Below are positions 39,732 to 50,069 of a stretch of 64,000 nucleotides of DNA, piece after piece. Numbering within the stretch: position 1 is the first letter of the stretch; every line of letters begins with the position of its first letter. Source of the DNA: an uncultured Candidatus Binatia bacterium. GTDB taxonomy: Bacteria > Desulfobacterota > Binatia > UBA9968 > JAJDTQ01. Both the position numbers and the translations under genes were made by a program. The stretch spans positions 1,760,001 to 1,824,000 of the forward strand of contig OZ219754.1 in assembly GCA_964291295.2 (NCBI GenBank), read 5' to 3'. The notes under the pieces were generated by a model. It searched no databases. It saw nothing but the letters and a program-made list of their open reading frames with translations, and was not told the origin of the DNA.

Positions 39732-42700
39732 GTGCGCGCCTCCGCCAGAAGCCCACGACACCTGAGGGCGGGACTGCTCGCCGGCCTCTTCCTGCTCACG
39801 TTCGCCGCCGCCCTCGCGCCGCAGACGGCACAAGCACAGATCATTGATCTCACCGTAACGCCGGGCAACGGCAAGGTCGACCTGTCCTGGAGCTGGAGTG
39901 GCATTACCGGACAAATCAGGTGGCGGTACCACACATTCGGAGCTGCAACCAACAGCGCAACGGTTACGCCTTCCCCAGGGAAGCGAACTGGTACAGCGAC
40001 GATAACTGGTCTGACCAACGGCCAGATATATGATATCGAGATGCGCGCGAGTCGTCCTAGCGGGATTCATATTGGAACTTCCAACCGTGTCAGGGTGGTG
40101 CCGAACGACCTCGTCATCGTGTCCGCCACCGGGCTGGACAGCACAATACGGCTCAAATGGGACTATCAAGGTAGCCAAACCGGCAGTGGCTGGCAACATC
40201 AGACTTTTGAGGGAACAGGCGGCGGCCCATGGAAACAGCTGGCAGACTATTCTGCCGCCCGCGGGGCTGATATTCGAAATCTTGTTAACGGCAGAACCTA
40301 CAATATCGCTATTCGGTATCTGAGCGGCGGGGGCGGCTCCCACGCTGATTCCGTGCTCCACAACATTGGCTGGGTCAGCGCCACGCCGCGGGGGTCGACC
40401 CCGACGCTGGTTTCCGGCTCGAACGCCAGCGCCGCGGTCGAGTCGACCGGGGCGACGACGCTGGTGTGCTACAACCTTCTGGCGGCCTCGCAAGAAACCC
40501 CGCAAGGCTTGGTCAAGTATCTGGAGGCGCGCGCGGGCATGAGCGCCGTGCCTGCGCACAGCGTACTTGCCGATTCGAGTCTCGGCGTCGAGATCACCCA
40601 GGCCCCCGCCGGCATCACCAAGGGGCGCGGCGTCAACCTCAGTCCCTGCGTCAATCTCGGAGTGGGCGCGCATACCGTCACCTGGAGCTGGAAGGGCCGC
40701 GACGGCACTGCCGTGGCCGCCACGACCTCCACCACGATCACCGTGGCGGAGAGGGTCTCCAGTCCCAAGACGATCACGCTGTCGGCGTCCCCGTCGGCCA
40801 CGATCACCGAGGGCAACTCCGGTTCGACGGATGTCACCATCACCTTCACCCTCAGTGAGTCTGCGCCCGCGGGCTTCTCGGTTAGCTTGGGTTATCCCGC
40901 GGACATTGGCACAGCCACTGCCTCCGGCAAGGGATCTAACCCCTGCGATCCGCCTCTGCTTCCGAAGGGCACGGACGTGTGCCTCCCGGACGGCGTTATT
41001 GTCTCCATCGCCGAAGGCGAGACCCAGGGCACGAAGATCGTCCGCATACTCGGTGACACCCGGGAAGAACCGGACGAGACGATAAACCTCATCGGCTACC
41101 AGGACGACTGGGCCACCGGCAGGCTCACCCTGACCATCAGGGACGACGACGAGGGCGCCACCAAACCGGCCAGGCCGAGGGGCCTGTCGGCGGAAGCGGG
41201 CAATGCGCAGGTGGTGCTGACCTGGACCGATCCGGAGGACGATTCGATCACGGGGTATCAGGTGCAGAAGAAGAAGGGGAGCGCGGCCTGGGGCAGCTGG
41301 ACCGACCTCTCCGGTTCGGACGCGGACACCGTGATCCACACGGTGACGAGTCTGGACAACGACAGCGAATACCGCTTCCGCATCCGGGCGAAGAACGGTT
41401 CCGGCAACAGCGCCGCGTCGGCGGCGGTGAGCGCGACGCCGGCTGCCAATCCCAAGCCGTCCAAGCCGGTGCTGACGGCGGTGGCGGGTAACCGTTCGGT
41501 CACCCTGAGCTGGCCCGCCCAGACGAATATCGGGAATTGGGGTTACGAGTACAAGAGCGGGGCCGGCAGTTGGATCGCCAGGACGGTTTCGGACGGCAGC
41601 GCGACAAGCACGGTGGTGACGGGACTGACGGCCGGGACGGAATACACGTTCCGGCTGTTCGCCCGCCGCAGCAGCGGCGGGTCGTACCTTTCGTCGGTGT
41701 GGTCGGACCAGGTGACGGCGACGCCGTATGCCCTGTCGGCGCCGGTGCTGACAGGGGCCACATCGAATGTGGCCAGCTATAGTCTGGGGGTCCAACTGAC
41801 GTGGACCCATAGTGGTGACCTTCTCCCCAGTGGAGCCAGCTGGTTTCATTGGCAGATGGGTTATCGTCTCAAGGGGAGCACCACTTGGCAGGAAACCGCT
41901 CGCACGATCAGTTCGTCGGTACGTTCGGCGCGGACGGTTTCCTGGGAGGGAGGCGGCTACCCCGAGGGTGCGGTGGTGGAGGTGCGGGTCCGGGGACGGG
42001 GGTTGAATGATCAGACTGGCGTCTGGTCCAATATCCGCACGGTGACCCTCAGTGACGATGATGATGACAGGCCAGCCCTGACGTTCACCAGAGCGCCGGT
42101 GACGGTGGAGCCCGGGGCCGCCGCGACCTACACGGTGGCGTTGACGCAGGCGCATGCGGGCACACTGTCGATCGCGAGCGACGACACGGCCACGGCGACG
42201 GTGGACCCGGCGAGCCTGACCTTTACGGCGGTCAACTACAACACGGGTCAGACGGTGACGGTGACCGGGGTCGGCAACGGCACGGCGACGATCAACCACG
42301 CCTTCCGGCTGACGGGAGCTTCCGCGGATGCGATACCGGACGCGGGGACGGTGGACGTGACGGTGGCCGATACGCCGGGGGTGACGGTCTCGACGGCGGT
42401 GCTGACGGTGGTGGAGGGTGACTCCGGCACCTACACGTTGCGGCTGAACAAGGCGCCGTCGAGCGATGTGACGATAAGGGTGGACGGCGCTTCGGGGGAC
42501 GTGACGGTGGCGGGCGCGCCGCTGACCTTCACCACGTCCAACTGGAACAAGCCGCAGACGGTGACGGTGAACGCGGGGACGGACACGGACAATATCAGGG
42601 ATCCCGATGTGACGCTGACCCACAGCGCGGCGGGCGGCGGCTACGGTTCGGTGGGCATCGCCTCGGTGGTGGTGAGCGTGACGGAGAAGGATGTGGCGCC

Positions 42701-45065
42701 GGCGAAGCCGACGGGCCTGGCTGCGGCGGCGGGCGACGGTTCGGTGACGCTGAGCTGGACGGACGCGGGCAATCCGACCATCACGAAGTGGCAATACCGG
42801 CGGAAGGCCGGCGGCGGGGCTTGGGGCGATTGGAAGGACATTGGGGGCTCCGGAGCGATCACCACCAGCCACAAGTTGACCGGGCTGACCAACGGCACCG
42901 CGTATCAGTTCGAGGTGCGCGCGGTGAACGGTGCCGGCAACGGCGCCGGCCCGGATGCGCCGGTGAGCGCGACGCCGGCGGACGCCACGCTCCCGCCCGC
43001 GCCGCCCGCGGCGGGCGTGAGCGTGAGGGTGACGCCGACGGCGCTGACGGTGGAGGAGGGTGGCTCCGGGAGCTACACGGTGGTGCTGGGTGCGGAGCCC
43101 ACGGACACGGTGACGGTGACGGTGGGCGGGGCATCGGGGGAGGTGACGGCGTCGCCGCAGCGCCTGACCTTCACGGTTTCGAACTGGAGCGAGGCGCAGG
43201 GGGTGACGGTGAGCGCGGCTCGTGACGCGGACATGGCGGACGACAGGGCGACGCTGACGCACGGAGCGAGGGGCGGGGGCTATGAATCGGTGAGCATCGC
43301 CTCGGTGGCGGTGCGGGTGAGGGACACGACGCCGGTGCTGAGTCTGGAGACGGACCCGGCGGCGGTGGCCGAGGGGGAGAACATCCGCCTCACGGTGACC
43401 TCGGACCGTGCGCTGACGGGCAGTCTGACGGTGAGTCTGACGCTGGCGGCGCGCGACGGCGGCGGCTTCGATGGGGAGGACCTTCCGGGTGGGCTGGGGC
43501 CGCGTTCGTTGGATGTGGTGTTCGGCGCCACGGCGAGCCGGAGGGGTTTGGTGATGATACCCACCAGGGTGGATGGGGAGGCGGAAGGGAGGGAGTCGTA
43601 CCGCATCACGCTGAACGCGGCGCCGGGCTATGCGGTGGGGGTGGATGCGGTGGCGGAAGGAGTGCTGGAAGAGGGTTCGTCGTCGTCGGCGAACCGGGTG
43701 AACCGTGCGATCCTGCCGCATGTGGCGGCGCTGGCGCTGTCGCAGACGCTTGAGGCGGTGACGGGGCGGATCGAAGCGGTGTCGGATGGCGGTGCGGGTG
43801 GTACGGTGCGTTTTGGAGCGGCGCCGGGGATGGTGGTGGATGATGAGTGGGTTGGTCCGGGAGGTCGGGGGCAAGGGGGGCCGGGCTTGCGAGAGTTGCT
43901 GGACGGGGCCTCCTTCGCGCTGCCGCTGGGAGCTTCGGGGGCGGGAGGGGCGGCGGCGCCGGCGTTGTGGGGAGTGGGGGAGTGGCGGTCGCTGTCGGGT
44001 TCGGAGCGGGATCTTTCCTGGGACGGCGGGCTGTGGTCGGGGTATCTGGGGGCGGACGTGCGGGTTCGCCCGGACCTGTTGGCGGGGGCGGCGGTGTCGT
44101 ATGCGAAGGGCAAGGTGGATGCGGTGTCCCGGGGTGGTGATGGGACGAAAAGCAGGCACGAGAGCCGGGTGGTGTCGGTGAATCCGTATCTGGCGTGGCT
44201 GCGTGCGGACGGCACGACGCTGTGGGCGAGTGCGGGCTATGGGAGGGGCGAGGTGCGGATCACCGAGGCGGGAGCGGCGGCGCGCACGGCGGACCTGTCC
44301 CAGTGGAGTGGGGCGGCGGGCGGGCGCGGGGTGCTGTTGGAGGATCCGGAGCTCATCGCCGGGGGCACCACGCGAGTGGCGGTGAAGGGGGAGGGCTCCC
44401 TGGTCCAACTGGACACGGAGGCCGGCGACGGTCTGACCGAGTTGACGGTGAAGGCGAGCCGACTGCGGCTGATGCTGGAGGGGTCCTGGGAGCACCGGGT
44501 CGGGGGCGATGCGACGCTGACGCCGGCACTGGAAGTGGGCGTGCGTCATGACGACGGCGACGTTGGGCAGGGCGGCGGCGTGGAGGTGGGGGCCGGCGTG
44601 ACCTGGCGCGACCCGGGTGCCCGTCTGACCGCGGAGTTGCGGGCCCGGATGCTGGCGGTGCACGAGCGGGACCGGGAGGAATGGGGCGTGAGCGCCTTGG
44701 TGCGCCTTGACCCCGGGGCCGACGGGCGGGGGAGCTACCTGAGCTTCGGCCCGACCCACGGTCGCACGGCAAGCGGTCTGGGGCGGTTGTTCGACTACGG
44801 CTCGGCCATGGACAGCGGGGCGGGGGCGGGAGAGAGCCGCCTGGAGGCGGAGATGGGGCACGGCATCGGCATCGCCGGCCCGGCGCCGCTGGCGCTGCTG
44901 ACGCCTTATGCCGGGCTCAGCCTGGCGGAGTCGGGCGAGCGCACGCTGCGCCTGGGCGCACGCTACAGCCTGGGCCCGGGGGTCGCCCTGGGAATCGAGG
45001 GCACAAGCCGGCCCTGGACCAACGGCGAGCAGGGCCTCATGCTGCGCGGTGCGCTGCGCTGGTGA
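39732..45065 (+). CDS. Large FN3/Calx-beta-like repeat surface protein with C-terminal autotransporter-type beta-barrel (adhesin 1); true start probably 39602 across the poly-C tract
   Basis: Signal peptide ending AQA-Q; multiple FN3 repeats (LxW...GLTNGxxYxFxxRA); TITEG..PDET modules; amphipathic barrel strands; terminal ..LRW. Confidence 0.85.
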   Translation: MRASARSPRHLRAGLLAGLFLLTFAAALAPQTAQAQIIDLTVTPGNGKVDLSWSWSGITGQIRWRYHTFGAATNSATVTPSPGKRTGTATITGLTNGQIYDIEMRASRPSGIHIGTSNRVRVVPNDLVIVSATGLDSTIRLKWDYQGSQTGSGWQHQTFEGTGGGPWKQLADYSAARGADIRNLVNGRTYNIAIRYLSGGGGSHADSVLHNIGWVSATPRGSTPTLVSGSNASAAVESTGATTLVCYNLLAASQETPQGLVKYLEARAGMSAVPAHSVLADSSLGVEITQAPAGITKGRGVNLSPCVNLGVGAHTVTWSWKGRDGTAVAATTSTTITVAERVSSPKTITLSASPSATITEGNSGSTDVTITFTLSESAPAGFSVSLGYPADIGTATASGKGSNPCDPPLLPKGTDVCLPDGVIVSIAEGETQGTKIVRILGDTREEPDETINLIGYQDDWATGRLTLTIRDDDEGATKPARPRGLSAEAGNAQVVLTWTDPEDDSITGYQVQKKKGSAAWGSWTDLSGSDADTVIHTVTSLDNDSEYRFRIRAKNGSGNSAASAAVSATPAANPKPSKPVLTAVAGNRSVTLSWPAQTNIGNWGYEYKSGAGSWIARTVSDGSATSTVVTGLTAGTEYTFRLFARRSSGGSYLSSVWSDQVTATPYALSAPVLTGATSNVASYSLGVQLTWTHSGDLLPSGASWFHWQMGYRLKGSTTWQETARTISSSVRSARTVSWEGGGYPEGAVVEVRVRGRGLNDQTGVWSNIRTVTLSDDDDDRPALTFTRAPVTVEPGAAATYTVALTQAHAGTLSIASDDTATATVDPASLTFTAVNYNTGQTVTVTGVGNGTATINHAFRLTGASADAIPDAGTVDVTVADTPGVTVSTAVLTVVEGDSGTYTLRLNKAPSSDVTIRVDGASGDVTVAGAPLTFTTSNWNKPQTVTVNAGTDTDNIRDPDVTLTHSAAGGGYGSVGIASVVVSVTEKDVAPAKPTGLAAAAGDGSVTLSWTDAGNPTITKWQYRRKAGGGAWGDWKDIGGSGAITTSHKLTGLTNGTAYQFEVRAVNGAGNGAGPDAPVSATPADATLPPAPPAAGVSVRVTPTALTVEEGGSGSYTVVLGAEPTDTVTVTVGGASGEVTASPQRLTFTVSNWSEAQGVTVSAARDADMADDRATLTHGARGGGYESVSIASVAVRVRDTTPVLSLETDPAAVAEGENIRLTVTSDRALTGSLTVSLTLAARDGGGFDGEDLPGGLGPRSLDVVFGATASRRGLVMIPTRVDGEAEGRESYRITLNAAPGYAVGVDAVAEGVLEEGSSSSANRVNRAILPHVAALALSQTLEAVTGRIEAVSDGGAGGTVRFGAAPGMVVDDEWVGPGGRGQGGPGLRELLDGASFALPLGASGAGGAAAPALWGVGEWRSLSGSERDLSWDGGLWSGYLGADVRVRPDLLAGAAVSYAKGKVDAVSRGGDGTKSRHESRVVSVNPYLAWLRADGTTLWASAGYGRGEVRITEAGAAARTADLSQWSGAAGGRGVLLEDPELIAGGTTRVAVKGEGSLVQLDTEAGDGLTELTVKASRLRLMLEGSWEHRVGGDATLTPALEVGVRHDDGDVGQGGGVEVGAGVTWRDPGARLTAELRARMLAVHERDREEWGVSALVRLDPGADGRGSYLSFGPTHGRTASGLGRLFDYGSAMDSGAGAGESRLEAEMGHGIGIAGPAPLALLTPYAGLSLAESGERTLRLGARYSLGPGVALGIEGTSRPWTNGEQGLMLRGALRW

Positions 45066-45387
45066 GGAGAACGCCGGGGCAGGAAATGAACGGAGGCCGC
45101 CGCTCGGCTGGCCGATGCCCTCCACCTGTAGTCGTGAGGGAACGGGCTTTGTTCACTATCGGGTGCGGACGCTGAAACCGTGACTCCGCCCACCACCCGA
45201 GCCAGCGGTCCGGGTGCCGGCTCTTGAAAGCGCCCGCCGATGCACCCCGAAAGCTTGGTGGCATCGGCGGTGGCGCGATGCGCAGAGAAATGTGGAACGC
45301 CGCGCCAAGGAAAGCCATAACGGCGCGGCAGGGAACCCCTCGCAACCCGCTGATTCCATTGATTCACCCCGGCGAATCCGGGATGGT

Positions 45388-45584
45388 TCAGACTCTCCCT
45401 TCCAGGTCATTGATCCGATCGAAAACTTCGTCAAGATCCGCCGCGAGGCTGTCTATCCGACTGGAAAACCGCCGGGAAACGTAAATTCCGACCAGGGTTA
45501 TAGCCACTGGAATGGCGACGGCGACGATCCCGATCAGCAGCGACAGGCCTTGCAGTACAACGCAACAGGAACGCCTTCACACAT
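45388..45584 (-). pseudogene. Possible small membrane/coiled-coil protein (frameshifted or with a non-canonical start)
   Basis: Minus-strand frame LQGLSLLIGIVAVAIPVAITLVGIYVSRRFSSRIDSLAADLDEVFDRINDLEGRV*; the nearest ATG (45584) is out of frame. Confidence 0.35.
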
Positions 45585-45591
45585 GGTCCGG

Positions 45592-45807
45592 TCACCGGCG
45601 CCGGGTAGGACGGCCCTTCGCAGCCTGTTCGCGTTCCCATTCGAGGGCGGCCGCCTTGGTCGTCGCGTACCCGACCTTCACGATATGACCGTCATCGCCA
45701 AAGTCCTTCTTGTGCTCGGTTTCCCGACGCTCAAGATCATTGGTGATGCCGGTGTGAACGATTCTGTGGCCCTGTTTGAAGTGATACTTGTAGGTGTCGC
45801 GCGCCAT
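45592..45807 (-). CDS. Minimal GIY-YIG-like nuclease
   Basis: RBS AGGAGG; YKY...VHTGITNDLERRETEH...ALEWE pattern. Confidence 0.7.
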   Translation of the reverse strand: MARDTYKYHFKQGHRIVHTGITNDLERRETEHKKDFGDDGHIVKVGYATTKAAALEWEREQAAKGRPTRRR

Positions 45808-46087
45808 GATCCGTGCCTCCTTGCGATTATTCCGGTTTCCAGAAGATCATCCCCGTGGTGGCCGGCAGAACGCTGATCCACAATCCGGACCCTTCGTAAA
45901 GCCTGCCTTTGCTTGGGGAGTCATCTTGACAGACGAGTCGAACCAGCTTTTCTCCTTCTGAAAAAGCCTGACCGCTCCGGAGACGGAGGCAGGCGGCTGC
46001 AATCAGGTTCAAAAGTTTCTTTGAGGCCTTCGAGGTCGATGGATCAATCAAGGATCCGGGCGGCGTCAATGCCCGGCGAGGGTCACG

Positions 46088-47035
46088 TCAGCCGCCGCTC
46101 TCCAGTTCCGCCAGGTAACGCTCGGCGTCGATGGCGGCCATGCAGCCGGTTCCGGCGGCGGTGACGGCCTGGCGGTAGACGCGGTCCTGGACGTCGCCGC
46201 AGGCGAATACGCCCTCCAGCGTGGTCCGGGTGCCGTCGTGGGTCTTGATGTAGCCCAGTTCGTCCATTTCCAGAACGCCCTCGAAGAGTTGCGAGTTGGG
46301 CTGGTGCCCGATGGCGATGAAGACGCCGTCGCAGGCGAAGGTACGGTCCGCGCCGGTTCGGACGTCCCGCAGCGTGACGCCGGTGACGCCGCCGTCCTGC
46401 GGATCGCCGTGGATGTCCGCCACCGTGGTGTTCCAGATGAAGTCGATCCCGGGGTTGGCCCGGGCGCGATCCTGCATGATTCCGGAGGCCCGGAGCTGGT
46501 CGCGGCGGTGCACGACGAAAACCTTGCTGGCGAAGCGGGTGAGGAACGTGGCCTCTTCCATGGCGGTGTCTCCGCCGCCCACCACGATGACCTTCTTGTC
46601 CTTGAAGAAAAAGCCGTCGCAGGTGGCGCAGGCGGAGACCCCGTGTCCCATCAGCCTGTTTTCGGCGTCCAGCCCCAGCAGCTTGGCGGTGGCGCCGGTG
46701 GCGATGATCAGGGCGTCGCAGGTGTAGCGGTCGCTGCCCGCCCGCAGCGCCATGGGCCGGCTTCCGAGTTCCACGGCGGCAACATCCCCGAAGACGATCC
46801 GGGTGCCGAAGCGTTCCGCCTGCCTGCGGAACTGCACCATCATGTCCGGCCCGAGAATGCCGTCCGGGAAGCCGGGGTAGTTCTCGACGTCGGTGGTAAT
46901 GGTGAGCTGGCCCCCGGGCTGGGAACCCTCCACCACCAGCGGTCCGAGGTTGGCGCGGGCCGTGTAGAGGGCGGCGGTGAGGCCCGCCGCTCCCGAACCG
47001 AGGATGACGACGCGGTAATGAGTCTGCTCTGCCAT
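46088..47035 (-). CDS. trxB: Thioredoxin reductase
   Basis: [22 protein letters not shown] and YRQAVTAAG motifs. Confidence 0.96.
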   Translation of the reverse strand: MAEQTHYRVVILGSGAAGLTAALYTARANLGPLVVEGSQPGGQLTITTDVENYPGFPDGILGPDMMVQFRRQAERFGTRIVFGDVAAVELGSRPMALRAGSDRYTCDALIIATGATAKLLGLDAENRLMGHGVSACATCDGFFFKDKKVIVVGGGDTAMEEATFLTRFASKVFVVHRRDQLRASGIMQDRARANPGIDFIWNTTVADIHGDPQDGGVTGVTLRDVRTGADRTFACDGVFIAIGHQPNSQLFEGVLEMDELGYIKTHDGTRTTLEGVFACGDVQDRVYRQAVTAAGTGCMAAIDAERYLAELESGG

Positions 47036-47149
47036 GGTTTCATTCATACCATACGGGCCGCTTCGCTTGTAGGTCGGCCAGGCTGCGGCGGCTTGCATTC
47101 GCGGTGCCGGAAGATACACTGAGCGCCGGACGCTCGGGGAGGATACAGG

Positions 47150-47635
47150 ATGGCGACATTGTCCCATGTCGATGAACAGGGGCGGGTGAGGATGGTGGAT
47201 GTCACCGGCAAGGAGGTGACCCGGCGGGTTGCGGTGGCCGGAGGCGTGGTGACCATGCGCCCGGAGACCTTGGCCGCCATTGCCGGGGGGCGGATTCCCA
47301 AGGGCGATGTGCTGGCGGTGGCGCGCATCGCCGGGATCATGGCCGCCAAGAAGACGTCCGAGCTCATACCGCTGTGTCACCCGCTGCCCATCAGCAGCGT
47401 GGAGGTCACGCTCACCCCGCGGCAGGAGCCGCCGTCGGTGGAGATCGAGGCCGCCGTGCGCATCCAGGGCCGCACCGGCGTGGAGATGGAGGCGCTTACC
47501 GCGGTGGCGGTGGCGGGTCTCACCCTCTACGACATGTGCAAGGCCGTGGACCGGGAGATTGCCGTCGGCGAGATTCGCCTTCTGCGCAAGAGCGGAGGCA
47601 AAAGCGGTCCATTCGAGAGAAGGCCGGCCGACTGA
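47150..47635 (+). CDS. moaC: Cyclic pyranopterin monophosphate synthase
   Basis: [20 protein letters not shown] and YDMCKA motifs. Confidence 0.96.
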   Translation: MATLSHVDEQGRVRMVDVTGKEVTRRVAVAGGVVTMRPETLAAIAGGRIPKGDVLAVARIAGIMAAKKTSELIPLCHPLPISSVEVTLTPRQEPPSVEIEAAVRIQGRTGVEMEALTAVAVAGLTLYDMCKAVDREIAVGEIRLLRKSGGKSGPFERRPAD

Positions 47636-47707
47636 CCGGCGGGTCTCCCGGCGGCGCGGGCTAAAGTCTCTCCAGGCCGTGCCGACTGTATACCCGGGAA
47701 CCTGTCC

Positions 47708-48412
47708 ATGTCATCGTCCGCGCTCATGACGACACCCATCAACCAGTGGCCGATGGAAGACCGCCCGCGGGAGAAGCTTCTCGATCGGGGGGCGGAACAG
47801 CTGACGGAAACCGAGTTGCTGGCGATCCTGCTGGGCACGGGAAGCGCCGGCGCGCATCAGAGCGCGCTGGATCATGCGCGCGCGCTGATGGTGCGGTTCG
47901 GCGGGCTGAGGGGCATCGACGACGCCTCCGTCGCCGAGTTGACCGGGCTCAAGGGGCTGGGTGAGGCCAAGGCCGCCCGCCTCAAGGCCTGTCTGGAGCT
48001 CGGCCGCCGCCGCGAGGACCTCCGGTGCGAGGCGGGTCAGTTGATGAGTTCGCCGGAGGAGGTGTTCCGGCATTTCCGGCCCCGCTGCATCAACGCCAAG
48101 CGCGAGGCGTTCTACGTTGTCTTGCTGACCAATCGGAATCGGAAGATCCGGGACGTCAAGATCTCCGAGGGGTCTCTCACGGCCTCTGTCGTCCACCCGC
48201 GGGAGGTGTTCAACCCGGTCATCCGGGAGTCCGCGGCCGGGGTCATCTTCGTCCACAACCATCCCAGCGGCGACCCTTCCCCCAGCCGCGAGGACGTGGA
48301 GATTACCCGCCGTCTGAGACAGGTGGGCGAGGTACTGGGGGTGCGGGTCCACGACCATGTGGTGGTGGGGCACGACCGGTTCTTCAGCTTCAACCGGGAG
48401 GGAATGCTGTGA
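47708..48412 (+). CDS. radC: RadC/JAB-domain protein
   Basis: [24 protein letters not shown] and DH motifs. Confidence 0.93.
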   Translation: MSSSALMTTPINQWPMEDRPREKLLDRGAEQLTETELLAILLGTGSAGAHQSALDHARALMVRFGGLRGIDDASVAELTGLKGLGEAKAARLKACLELGRRREDLRCEAGQLMSSPEEVFRHFRPRCINAKREAFYVVLLTNRNRKIRDVKISEGSLTASVVHPREVFNPVIRESAAGVIFVHNHPSGDPSPSREDVEITRRLRQVGEVLGVRVHDHVVVGHDRFFSFNREGML

Positions 48413-48518
48413 GGGCCCCGGGCACGTGTTGCGGAACGCCGCGGGCGGCTTGACCCCCGGGCGCGGGACGGAGTACGTTGACCGGCAACGCAATCGTGCC
48501 GTCAGGGGGTCCAGCCGC

Positions 48519-49994
48519 ATGTCTCAGGTCAAGCATCTCGACACGGATGTCGCCATCGTCGGGGCCGGCGGGGCCGGCATCGCCGCGGGCATCGAAGCTC
48601 TCGACGCCGGCGCCAGCGCCATCGCCTTGGAAAAGGCGCCGGAGCCGGGGGGCGCCGCCATCATCTCCGGCGGCGGCTGCCTCATCGTGGGTACGCCGAT
48701 CCAGAAAGCCAACGGCATCGTCGACTCGCCCGATCTGGCCTTCAACGACTGGATCCGCTGGGGCGGGCCTTCGGTGGACGAGGTCTGGGCGCGCTACTAC
48801 ATCGAGCACTCGCTTCATGATCTCTACTTCTGGGCCCAACGCCTGGGCGTCGAGTGGGTGGACATGAAGCAGCAGGAAGGCAACACCGTCGTGCGCTGGA
48901 CCCGTTCCCGGAGCAACGGGCTCGGGCTCATGACCCACCTCATCGACGCGTTCCGCCAGCGCGGCGGCGTGATCGTGGCCGACACCGAGGTCACCGGGCT
49001 CACGCGCGAGAACGGGCGGGTCGCCGGCCTGTCGGGACGGGACGCCGCCACCAGCGAGACCGTGGAGGTGGCCAGCAAGGTGGTGGTGGTGGCCACCGGC
49101 GGTTTCAACTCCAACCTCGACATGGTGCTCGAGGCCGCCCCCGGACTCCAGGGCGACCGCGTCATGGAAGGCTCCGGCCGCGGCTCCACCGGCACCGGCC
49201 ATCGTCTGGTGCGGCAGGCCGGCGGCTATCTGACCCACATGGACCACATCTGGTTCTACGTCTACGCCACCCCGGACTATCGCGACCCGGACCAGCGGCG
49301 CGGCCTCGTCTTCCGCCAGGCGCCGGGCTACATCTGGATAAACCAGCAGGGCCGGCGTTTCCACAACGAGGCGCTGTCCGGCGGCAACTCGGCCACGCCG
49401 GCGTTGATGGCCCAGAGCCCGCGCCACGCATGGGCGGTGGTGGACACGCCGATGGTTGCCAAGGTCGAGATCGCCGACCCCTACTACCGCGCGGGCGACA
49501 GGGTGGACCGGGCCAAGGTCCAGGAACTCCTGGACCATTCCCCGTTCATCAGGAAGGCGGACTCCCTGGAGGCCCTCGGCCAACGCATGGAGGTGGACGT
49601 CCCGGCCTTTCTGGACACCGTGGCACGCTACAACCAGGCGTGCGCGCGGGGGCTGGACCGGGAACCCGACTTCGGCAAGCCGCTGAAGCTCTCCAAGCCG
49701 TTCGACACGCCCCCGTACTATGCCATCCAGATGTTCCCGCTGGCGCGCAAGAACTTCGGCGGGGTCAAGACCGACATCCGCTGCCGGGTCCTGAACAAGC
49801 ACTTCGAACCGATTCCCGGCCTTTACGCCGCCGGCGAGGTGGCGGGCATGGCCGGGGGCCATATCAACGGCCGCGCGGGTCTGGAAGGGACGATGCTCGG
49901 TCCGTCCATCTTCAGCGGCCGCGTGGCCGGCGGCTGGGCGGCCCGGGAAGCGGGGTGCGGCGACGGCTTCACGGGCGTGCCGAACCGCGACTGA
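48519..49994 (+). CDS. FAD-dependent oxidoreductase (fumarate reductase/3-ketosteroid dehydrogenase flavoprotein family)
   Basis: VGAGGAG, SGGG, ATGGF, GRRFHNE and PGLYAAGE motifs. Confidence 0.85.
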   Translation: MSQVKHLDTDVAIVGAGGAGIAAGIEALDAGASAIALEKAPEPGGAAIISGGGCLIVGTPIQKANGIVDSPDLAFNDWIRWGGPSVDEVWARYYIEHSLHDLYFWAQRLGVEWVDMKQQEGNTVVRWTRSRSNGLGLMTHLIDAFRQRGGVIVADTEVTGLTRENGRVAGLSGRDAATSETVEVASKVVVVATGGFNSNLDMVLEAAPGLQGDRVMEGSGRGSTGTGHRLVRQAGGYLTHMDHIWFYVYATPDYRDPDQRRGLVFRQAPGYIWINQQGRRFHNEALSGGNSATPALMAQSPRHAWAVVDTPMVAKVEIADPYYRAGDRVDRAKVQELLDHSPFIRKADSLEALGQRMEVDVPAFLDTVARYNQACARGLDREPDFGKPLKLSKPFDTPPYYAIQMFPLARKNFGGVKTDIRCRVLNKHFEPIPGLYAAGEVAGMAGGHINGRAGLEGTMLGPSIFSGRVAGGWAAREAGCGDGFTGVPNRD

Positions 49995-50069
49995 ACAGCA
50001 GCCGGCCCTTGGCGGGGGCGGGTTGCAGGCCCGCCCGCGTCCGCCGCAAGGCGGCACGGACAAGTCAAC

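Noticed and set aside
39648-45125. Very long antisense ORFs (1,825 aa here; also 48390-53369, 57276-60500 and 60903-63794)
   Set aside because: Shadow frames of GC-rich genes: Arg/Pro/His-rich, no motifs, and exactly opposite well-supported CDSs
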